A stretch of 62,841 bases of DNA, taken from NCBI GenBank assembly GCA_964610875.1, contig CAZSWP010000021.1:1-62841 (forward strand). Reading direction: 5' to 3'. Position 1 is the first letter of the stretch. Every line of letters begins with the position of its first letter. The translations under genes were made by a program, and so were the position numbers. The stretch comes from an uncultured archaeon. Lineage in GTDB: Archaea > Asgardarchaeota > Thorarchaeia > Thorarchaeales > Thorarchaeaceae. Under the pieces are notes generated by a model, which was not told the origin of the DNA, ran no database searches, and worked only from the letters and a program-made list of their open reading frames with translations. Below, in pieces: positions 9,542-17,926 of this stretch.

Positions 9542-11218
9542 ATGTCTCGTACTCAGAGTGATGTAATTAAAGAAATTGCCAAGTTTGGTGAGCGGCAATT
9601 TAATGAAACTGGAGCGCAGTTAGTGGAAGTACTCAGAGTAAAGGCTTCAACTCTCAGGAAATATTTCAAGAAGTTGAAGGGTATTAACTACTTGGTTGCT
9701 GTAGTCAGTCTCGATAGAGTGCGAGTGTATTTCTTTAGAATGGATGGGATTATGGCAATTGCTGAGAATATTGATTCTCAAGTATACACAAAATTACGAA
9801 AGAAATCGAAACTAATTAGAAAATTTGAGAAACCAACGCCTCCAACCGAACTTGAACTAAGGATGGAAGCGACTGATGAATTTCAGTCTGCAATTTCAAA
9901 AGCAATAAGAAGAGTTGCGAATTATCTTGGCGAATCTCAAACCGACTTTCCAAATCTCTACCTAGTAAAAGACATACTAAATCATGAAGCACAAAATTTT
10001 GGCCATAAGGTAGTTGAGGATAACACACTATTATTTCAGGAGTCCATTGTCACAACGGATCTTCTCGATGGTATCGCTCTGCGAACAGCTTTCCTAATCC
10101 AAGTTGGTTTCGAAAAAATGCAGAATGAGTCCATCTCCTGCATTGCAAATGGATTTGCATACTCGTTACTAAAAGGCAAAAACCGTGAAAAATGGGGTAT
10201 ATATTGGATAGAGCTAAGTAAAGCTACTCCTTTCGAAAAGCTTGTTTCTCATTTATTGAATCATGCTGCAGTGTATTTAGAATCGGGCTATTCCAGAATT
10301 CTGAGACTATTGAAAGAAGTCGCTCCATCAATCAATGAAGCACAAATGAGTACAGCAATGCAGGTCTTGCATGACTTACATGAAGTATCATTAGGAACAG
10401 AATCAATCCATGTGTTCAATAGTTTCACAAAGGCTCTCCAAAGACCTAGAGAACTTCCAAAGAAGAAACAAGGAATGGACAACATCCATCTTGCTCCAAG
10501 ACTTCTCTGTAATCCTATTCCCTTGGGAATCAATCTATGTTTTTCCACTGACTCAAAGAAAGAAGATTCTTGGCTTTCCATTGATTATCTCAACGGGTAT
10601 GAAGTATTTACTCTTTCAGTTAGTCCTCATGGGTCAAATATGATAACTGAAATTGAGTATATCTTGGATGTTGCTGATATATTTCCAAAAAGTGGGGGAA
10701 TTCAATCCAGAGGTGAATCAATAATCCGCTGGGCGCTAAAGAAAATCGGACTTTCAATGGAACCTTCTCAACTATTTAGAACCAAGCTGCAATTGGAAGA
10801 TTCAGCTACAGTTACGGATGCTGAAAAGGCTGTTCTTGAGCGTTTGATAATCGGTGACTCTAAGATATTGCTTGATACTCTGATAGGCTCTCCTCAAAGA
10901 GTAGAGTCATTAGTCGATTCTGGTCTAATCGTTTTCGTACCTAATTTCAATCATATTGGAATTCGTTCTACACACTTGGTGATGGGGGAGAAATCGCAAG
11001 TCTACGACTCTATATTAGGTAATTCTCTTGAAAGCACAATAATTACCACTGAGGAAAAGTGTGCTGCGATAGTTTCTGCACCTTCTGTATGGGGAAATAG
11101 ACTTCTGGATTCATTTTCAGATTACAACATTGCTCTTTATCCAATTGTCGAAGAGAGTTCTGACAGGTCTATTTTACGTTTTGAAAATTCATTTCCTTTA
11201 CTTCCAGAAACTTCTTGA
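9542..11218 (+). CDS. Hypothetical protein (possible degenerate wHTH/Lrp-RAM-like C-terminus)
   Basis: Long ORF with GAGGAG SD before ATG 9542; C-terminal FVPNFNHIGI resembles the Lrp-type linker (weak). Confidence 0.7.
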   Translation: MSRTQSDVIKEIAKFGERQFNETGAQLVEVLRVKASTLRKYFKKLKGINYLVAVVSLDRVRVYFFRMDGIMAIAENIDSQVYTKLRKKSKLIRKFEKPTPPTELELRMEATDEFQSAISKAIRRVANYLGESQTDFPNLYLVKDILNHEAQNFGHKVVEDNTLLFQESIVTTDLLDGIALRTAFLIQVGFEKMQNESISCIANGFAYSLLKGKNREKWGIYWIELSKATPFEKLVSHLLNHAAVYLESGYSRILRLLKEVAPSINEAQMSTAMQVLHDLHEVSLGTESIHVFNSFTKALQRPRELPKKKQGMDNIHLAPRLLCNPIPLGINLCFSTDSKKEDSWLSIDYLNGYEVFTLSVSPHGSNMITEIEYILDVADIFPKSGGIQSRGESIIRWALKKIGLSMEPSQLFRTKLQLEDSATVTDAEKAVLERLIIGDSKILLDTLIGSPQRVESLVDSGLIVFVPNFNHIGIRSTHLVMGEKSQVYDSILGNSLESTIITTEEKCAAIVSAPSVWGNRLLDSFSDYNIALYPIVEESSDRSILRFENSFPLLPETS

Positions 11219-11237
11219 ATTTAGGCTCTGTTGAACT

Positions 11238-13253
11238 CTATGTGAAAACCTCGTTCACTAGTTCCTGCGCATCAACATAATCTGATGGAATCATTCCGTC
11301 AAATTTGGAGCCTGGATACTTTGTTTCAAACCTCTTAGCAAACTCACGTAGTAAATAACGTATATCAAAGGTTTCCTTGTCCACAATCAAAGTCACAATA
11401 CGATATTCTGTATGCTCCATCATCAATGTGAACCCTTCATGGTTTATTGACCTTAAGAGACCGCTGTGTCCCATCAATTCTGACGTGAAAGTTGTTATTG
11501 CTGAGATAAAACCACTGAGAAGATGACTGTCCATTTTGATTTCAGAATCAAAGTGATGGACAAATTCAGCCAGTGCAGAATTCCTGTGAATAGCCACAAT
11601 TGCGTGTAGATGTGGCAATGGAACTTCTTTTAGTGTACTAGCAGGTTTAAAACCTGCAGCACGATCCATTGACTTTTCAATACCAAGTGCTAATTGTTCC
11701 ATTGCAGTGCTAACTGGTTGTTCAAGTAGTTGAATTCTAAGCTCGGCTTGTTTCTGAATGCGTTTATCTCCTACAAACCTCGCCACGCTGATTACTCGTT
11801 CAATATCCCCCTTCGCTTCGAGGTCCTTATTGGCTAATCTGAGAACATCACTTCGCAATAGCAAACCTTCAGCATAGAGCGATTGCAATCCCTGTTCTTT
11901 CCCGAGTTGGATAAGATCATCAAGATGATAAGCTGCCTTGCCTAGGTATTCCTCATCTTTTTTCTCCATGTACATATCAAGATATGTTCGTGCGAGTTCT
12001 AATTCTGACCTAACTAAGAACTCGAAGATTGAATTCTCTTTAGCGATTTTCAGAACATACTCATATGACTCGATGGCTGTTTTCCATTTCTTTGTTGTAG
12101 AAGCAAAAACACCTACTGCATGGTGATATGCACATTTCTGAAGTGGCCTTTCTGAAGTCCTAGCAATCACTTCAGCTTTGTTTAGATATTCTTCGGCTTC
12201 CTCATATCGATGAAGCCTACTCAACAAGATAGAATAGTACGCAAAAGTTTCTATTGTGCCACTCTGTAATTTTTCTTCAATTTTTAAGGCATCTTTGAAA
12301 TACTTCTGGGAATCTTCGTATTTGCCTAGCATAAGACAAATTTCACCTAGGTTGATTAAGGGATGATATTTTAGCACATCAACTTCCATAAGGTCAAGTG
12401 CTCTCTCAAATGTTTCTAGAGCTTCCTCAAGACGGAGTGAATTCAGTCGTAAGGTTCCGAGATTATTATTCACCATTCCTAGACCAAGATTGAATGACAG
12501 TTCCTCACTGAGCTCTTTCATGCGAAGATAATGTTTTTCTGCTTTTTCAAGATCGCCTCTTAGATTACAGATATTCCCACGAAGAATTTCGCTCAGCCCA
12601 AGGAACATGCGATTATTCTTCTTTTCAGCCATGTCCTCTAGAGTATCAGCTATCCGAGATGCACGGTTTGCTTCTCCTACTTCACGTAATAATGCTCCCA
12701 CAACATACATGGTAAACATGGTTTCTGTTAGAGGTTCCTCAACTTGTTCAGGATATGTTTCCAATAGATTATCAAATTCCATTACGCACATTATAACACT
12801 CGTATCTCTCTCAGCCGCAGCAAGTAACACTTTTACTGTACTGAGTCTAATTTTGTCAGATGGGTTAGAATCATCTTCTACTTTCTCACTCATTATTGAC
12901 ACAATTTCTCGTAAACCATTGACATCCGATAATACGAATAATCCTATAGCTCTTAGACTGAGCGCTTGAATTGCATCAGCCTCTGTCGAAAGGAATAGGG
13001 CTTCAGCTAACCTTCCTCTGAATAGGCAAGCCTGTACTCCCAACTCAATAATATCTTCGTTAGGACTTTTCATACTCTCCTTTGAAGCCAAGTCTATGAC
13101 TGCGTCTGTGAAAGCTTCAAATCTTGATTTCCCCTTCTTCTCTCTCTTAAGAGCTTCTTTCCTTATGTTTTTCCACGGAATACTGTCCCTTTCGAGCATG
13201 AAGTGAAATTCAGGGGGTATTGTCTTAACACTCATGTCCAATTCCATAACCAT
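11238..13253 (-). CDS. TPR-repeat protein with C-terminal longin domain
   Basis: TPR consensus segments (NNLGTL..LEEALETFERAL, INLGEI..YEDSQKYFKDAL); C-terminal Asgard-type longin signature DSHLLSGFISAITTFTSEL...LREFAKRFETKY. Confidence 0.85.
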   Translation of the reverse strand: MVMELDMSVKTIPPEFHFMLERDSIPWKNIRKEALKREKKGKSRFEAFTDAVIDLASKESMKSPNEDIIELGVQACLFRGRLAEALFLSTEADAIQALSLRAIGLFVLSDVNGLREIVSIMSEKVEDDSNPSDKIRLSTVKVLLAAAERDTSVIMCVMEFDNLLETYPEQVEEPLTETMFTMYVVGALLREVGEANRASRIADTLEDMAEKKNNRMFLGLSEILRGNICNLRGDLEKAEKHYLRMKELSEELSFNLGLGMVNNNLGTLRLNSLRLEEALETFERALDLMEVDVLKYHPLINLGEICLMLGKYEDSQKYFKDALKIEEKLQSGTIETFAYYSILLSRLHRYEEAEEYLNKAEVIARTSERPLQKCAYHHAVGVFASTTKKWKTAIESYEYVLKIAKENSIFEFLVRSELELARTYLDMYMEKKDEEYLGKAAYHLDDLIQLGKEQGLQSLYAEGLLLRSDVLRLANKDLEAKGDIERVISVARFVGDKRIQKQAELRIQLLEQPVSTAMEQLALGIEKSMDRAAGFKPASTLKEVPLPHLHAIVAIHRNSALAEFVHHFDSEIKMDSHLLSGFISAITTFTSELMGHSGLLRSINHEGFTLMMEHTEYRIVTLIVDKETFDIRYLLREFAKRFETKYPGSKFDGMIPSDYVDAQELVNEVFT

Positions 13254-13486
13254 CGCTTTCAGTATTGGCTCTTGTGGTCATGTATCAAAGCCATTGCAAT
13301 TTTCAATTCTTTCTACTCAATCATAAATAGGCTCTGGTCTAAGATTACTATTATCCAATATCCCTACAGACTGTTCTTTATGGATGAGAAAATAGTATTG
13401 TGAAGATATATCGCTTTTTTTCTCTCAGGCAAAAGCATATCAATATCAAAAAGATTACGTGGAAATTACTGGTCAGAGGTCGCACA

Positions 13487-16400
13487 ATGAAAACCTTAGA
13501 AATTGCCATATTAATTTTGATTACATCGTCAATGATCATGTTCCCCACTATTGTGCCTCAAACACAAATGAAGCCTCAAGATGTATTTTGGAACAGAGTT
13601 GATTCATCACTCAGATTGGAATTGAAAACACAATCTAAAGAACATACTCTGGCTAGTGACGATGGTATATCTGCCATATTGATTTTTGACAAGGAGTTGG
13701 ATGCTGATAAGATAAAGATGGCTGAATCTGCCGGTGTTGAATTTGTATATAGAAGGCAATCAGTAGTTCACGTGGGGAGGGTATATTCAACCAGAATCAC
13801 CAAAGATGTCGATTTTCAAAAATTGCTGTCATTAGGATTAGAGAAAGCCACATCAGGCAGTAAGCAATTTTTCCCTTCGTTGACAACATCCGTTCCATCT
13901 ACAAACGCTCCACAAGTTTGGGATAATTTGACTATTAATGAGAGCCCTGTTACTGGTTCTGGAGCTCTAATTGCTGTTATTGACACAGGTGCCACTTGGC
14001 TTCATCCCTCCTTCTGGAGACCAAGCACAAATGCTCTAACAATCCTGTATGATGGGAGTAATTATTTCGCGGATCTTGACTCTGACAACTTAATAGACTC
14101 GGATGAAGGACCAATCAATTCTGTGAACAACCAGATACTTCCTGATTTCTCTTATCATAGCGACTACTTGTTTATTGATGTCAGTGATGATGGGATATTC
14201 GAATATGATGAAGGTGATAGGTGGTTAGGTCCCCTAGATCAAGATGGAGATGGTGTTTGCTCTCTGGAGTCCGAACAGGTTGTTTTGCTTGGTGAGTCGA
14301 AGGTCTACAAAATTTATGACCAAAATACCGGTTCTGTTTATGTTCGAGGTGTGAATTTGACACAGGCTACATTGTTGTCTGACACAAATGGGCATGGCAC
14401 ACATGTAGCTTCAACCGCAGCAGGTGGTATTCCTGATATGACATCATATGTAGGAATGGCCCCCGGAGCAGATCTTTTGATTATTGCGAGTCCTCTTGAT
14501 TCAGCTTCAATACTTGATGGAATTTTCTTTGCTGTAGAAAATGAAGCTGACATCATCAATATGTCATTCTCCAGTTATTTGGGATTTCTAGATGGAACTG
14601 ACCCTGAAGACATTGCAATCACAGAGGCATTTCTTAGTGATGGTATCATTTCAACTCTTGCCGCAGGTAATTTAGGTGGTAGGTCTAAACATGCTAGTTT
14701 TAGTGTAGATGGTGGAAGCGAAGCTGGTGCTACCATAAATGTCAACAATCCCTCTCAATACTCATTTCTCAATGTCATCTGGAGAAGCGAAGATGACGAT
14801 GAACATATACTTCTAACGCCACCTAGTGGTGAAGCTATTGATCTTGGTAAATTCTCAGAAGTGGTAGGTAATCCGTATGCACTTGATGACGATGAGCTTT
14901 CAGCTTATGTCTTCATTGATGGAAGTAAAAAGGGATACAATCGACTTATTGTACAGATTTCAACTTCAGACCATGATTGGTCTTCAGGCACATGGACGAT
15001 GAGCTTGTCTAATCCTGAAGGTGCTGAGGTATTCGTTGATGCTTATGTTTGGGACAATAGTTGGTCTGGTACTCAACTAAGATTTACATCAAATGTGAGC
15101 AATGAACGAACTATTAGTTCACCTGGTACCGCTGATTTGGGCGTCACAGTTGCATCATATAATGAAGTTACAGAAGACCTGAGTGCCTCCTCAAGTAAGG
15201 GTCCTCGTATCGATGGTGCAATCAAACCTGAAGTTGCAGGTCCTGGTGATGCAATAAACGCTGCGAGAAATAGTGTTTCATCCCTTTGGACAACACGTAG
15301 TGGAACCAGTATGGCAGCTCCCCATGTTGCAGGACTTGTCGCTCTACTCTTCCAAGCATCTGGAGATGATAATCAATGGCGAATTCTTTCAGCATTATTA
15401 CAAGGCTCAGGGGGTATTGAATCAAATTACTTGGCACCTGACATCGAATGGGGATGGGGTGCAGTAGATTCAGTATGGTCCGTTGAACAACTACTCTATC
15501 CCGAATTCAAGGAGATATATTGGAGTGGGCAACCAGTTCTAGTTGAAGATGAAATACTCTCGACAATAGAACCAAATCAAGATATAATTGAGATTAGATA
15601 CCATCGTGGATTAAACTCCATCTCTATTTGTACAGAGATGCGTGGAGAAGTAGACTTCTCACACTCTGATGATATCTTCATTATAGAGGCAAACACTGAC
15701 AACTCTATGGCAACTGGGAATAATGGTATTGATCTATTACTGAACATATCTGATAATCTGTCAGGTATCTATGAATGGGATGGTTCATCATTCTCAGTTT
15801 CATCGCTCGATGTAGATTGGTATAATATTTCCTCCAGAGTTATTGTTGAGATTGCCGCTGATGAAGCACTATCTGACTGGGAGATCTCTATAATTACTAA
15901 GAATTCAACTGTATCTCTGGCTGATACGACCGATGATAAATTCATAACAAATCAGTGGAGTCCATTGATTGAATCGCTAAAGACCACTAGGGATCCCGAG
16001 GGCTATAACATCACGGTTTCAATTTCTGATAAGGATACTATGGTGGATGACTTCACTATTAATATTAAAGCCACGGATGGCGGTGGTGAAACAATCAAAT
16101 CGAAATCGCAGAGCGGTGTGTCGAATATCGAACTTCGGATTCTATCATCAGAAATCACAACCGATGACTTGCTTAGTCTAAAAATTGAAATAACTGACAA
16201 TAACGCGAATCTAATATTCCCCCTGTCCCCGATGAGTGCGAGTATCAGCAGCATAATTGAAATCTTGTCGTCAACACTTGATACTGAGATAGTACGTGTT
16301 GGACCTTTCATTTCTGAAAGGATATCAGGTCAGATTGTTATAGGTGGCTTTCTATTAGTAGAAGATGTAATCTTATCTCTAGTTTCTACGAATGGATTCA

Positions 16401-16639
16401 CACTGAATTTCACTTTGAATGGCGAAGACGGTATCTATGACTTTGAAATCTCTCCTGGCAATCTTCCTTTAGGTGAATACGAAGTAGTTGTAACTGCTAT
16501 TGGACCTACAGGAGAGGTTTCCAGCAATTTTGCATCTCTGTCTATTGTTCCAGATTATTCGTATGTAATCCTTATTGGGGGTATTGCAGTGGTAGTATTA
16601 GCAATAGTGGTGATAGGAATGAAGCGTTACCGAGGTTAA
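13487..16639 (+). CDS. Secreted, membrane-anchored S8 subtilase with split catalytic domain (paralogue of 830-3490)
   Basis: GAGGT SD; signal peptide; AVIDTG / GHGTHVAS / AAGN / SGTSMAAPHVAG; beta-rich C-terminal domains; TM and MKRYRG tail. Confidence 0.92.
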   Translation: MKTLEIAILILITSSMIMFPTIVPQTQMKPQDVFWNRVDSSLRLELKTQSKEHTLASDDGISAILIFDKELDADKIKMAESAGVEFVYRRQSVVHVGRVYSTRITKDVDFQKLLSLGLEKATSGSKQFFPSLTTSVPSTNAPQVWDNLTINESPVTGSGALIAVIDTGATWLHPSFWRPSTNALTILYDGSNYFADLDSDNLIDSDEGPINSVNNQILPDFSYHSDYLFIDVSDDGIFEYDEGDRWLGPLDQDGDGVCSLESEQVVLLGESKVYKIYDQNTGSVYVRGVNLTQATLLSDTNGHGTHVASTAAGGIPDMTSYVGMAPGADLLIIASPLDSASILDGIFFAVENEADIINMSFSSYLGFLDGTDPEDIAITEAFLSDGIISTLAAGNLGGRSKHASFSVDGGSEAGATINVNNPSQYSFLNVIWRSEDDDEHILLTPPSGEAIDLGKFSEVVGNPYALDDDELSAYVFIDGSKKGYNRLIVQISTSDHDWSSGTWTMSLSNPEGAEVFVDAYVWDNSWSGTQLRFTSNVSNERTISSPGTADLGVTVASYNEVTEDLSASSSKGPRIDGAIKPEVAGPGDAINAARNSVSSLWTTRSGTSMAAPHVAGLVALLFQASGDDNQWRILSALLQGSGGIESNYLAPDIEWGWGAVDSVWSVEQLLYPEFKEIYWSGQPVLVEDEILSTIEPNQDIIEIRYHRGLNSISICTEMRGEVDFSHSDDIFIIEANTDNSMATGNNGIDLLLNISDNLSGIYEWDGSSFSVSSLDVDWYNISSRVIVEIAADEALSDWEISIITKNSTVSLADTTDDKFITNQWSPLIESLKTTRDPEGYNITVSISDKDTMVDDFTINIKATDGGGETIKSKSQSGVSNIELRILSSEITTDDLLSLKIEITDNNANLIFPLSPMSASISSIIEILSSTLDTEIVRVGPFISERISGQIVIGGFLLVEDVILSLVSTNGFTLNFTLNGEDGIYDFEISPGNLPLGEYEVVVTAIGPTGEVSSNFASLSIVPDYSYVILIGGIAVVVLAIVVIGMKRYRG

Positions 16640-16645
16640 AAGAAG

Positions 16646-17926
16646 ATGAACGTGATAATAATTGGCTATGGGCCTGGCGGTGTATCAGCAGCAGTAGCTG
16701 CGAAGACTTTCAATAGAGATGCTGAAGTAAGTATATTGACTGAAGAAGTTTATCCAGCTCATCGCAAACCTGGTTCATCGTTAGCAATCGAATATCCCGA
16801 AACGAGTGATTTGCATATTGAGGATTGTTCACCAAGTTCTTTGAAGAAAAAAGGAATTGAAGTCATATCAAGTGTGACCGTGACGGAAATTGATACTGAC
16901 TCCAAGAAAATTACCTATTCTTTGGATGGTAAAGAGAAACAAATGAATTATGACAAACTGATTTTGGCAACAGGGGGTAAGCCCTCTGTACCAAAAATAG
17001 AGGGTTTCGAACTGTCCGGGGTTTACACTATCCAGAATATGGGTGACACTTCTCAAATTGCGCAAGACATGGAAGGTAAGAATATCTTCTTCATTATTGG
17101 TGCGGGTTTCAGTGGTCTAGAGGTGGCTGAGAAACTCTTAGAACTAGGGAACGAAGTGCATTTGGTCGTTCGTTCTCGTGTCATGCGTAGATTATTGGAG
17201 GAGGAGATGAGCGAAGAGCTTGTTGCAAGGATGCCCCGTACGCTAACCATACACACTGGAGTATCACCCGCAAAACTCAGTGGTGCTTCTTCAGTGGAGA
17301 GGATTGTACTAAATGGGATGGAATATGAAACTGATGCAGTTCTGTTTATGACTGGAGTTAAACCGAATGTGGACCTTGCTAAATCAATAGATGTCAAAAT
17401 TGGGGAATTGGGTGGCATAGTTGTCAATGAATTGATGGAAACTTCTGTATCTGATATCTATGCAGTGGGGGACTGCGTAGAAATGAAGGACTCCTTGACT
17501 GGGAAACCTCAAATGATGCCAATTGGAAGTACAGCTGCTAGAGCCGGAAGACAAGCTGGTGTTGCAGCTGTTGGTGGAACCAAAAATTATGATGACAAGT
17601 ATATACGTTTTCAATATGACCGGATTTTTGGCACAGACATTGTTTGCACAGGTCATTCCTCGGTGACTGCTGAAAAACTAGGAATAAAAACCAAGACCTA
17701 TTCCATTGATGATGAAGCCGAGTACACAAAGATTAGTCTGATAACAGATACATCCGGCAAAATAATTGGGGGTCAAGTTCTAGCACCTCGTTTGGGAGCA
17801 AGAATTGGGTACCAGATTTTCGAACGAATTGAATCTGGTGCAAATATCAATGAGCGTGGTCTCTTAGAATCTCGTCACGAACAATTGAAGGACCTAATGG
17901 AACGAACATTTGGTCCTATTCAATAG
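16646..17926 (+). CDS. FAD/NAD(P)-dependent pyridine nucleotide-disulfide oxidoreductase (NADH oxidase/CoADR-like)
   Basis: IIGYGPGG, LILATG, IIGAGFSGLE, TSVSDIYAVGDC. Confidence 0.9.
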   Translation: MNVIIIGYGPGGVSAAVAAKTFNRDAEVSILTEEVYPAHRKPGSSLAIEYPETSDLHIEDCSPSSLKKKGIEVISSVTVTEIDTDSKKITYSLDGKEKQMNYDKLILATGGKPSVPKIEGFELSGVYTIQNMGDTSQIAQDMEGKNIFFIIGAGFSGLEVAEKLLELGNEVHLVVRSRVMRRLLEEEMSEELVARMPRTLTIHTGVSPAKLSGASSVERIVLNGMEYETDAVLFMTGVKPNVDLAKSIDVKIGELGGIVVNELMETSVSDIYAVGDCVEMKDSLTGKPQMMPIGSTAARAGRQAGVAAVGGTKNYDDKYIRFQYDRIFGTDIVCTGHSSVTAEKLGIKTKTYSIDDEAEYTKISLITDTSGKIIGGQVLAPRLGARIGYQIFERIESGANINERGLLESRHEQLKDLMERTFGPIQ

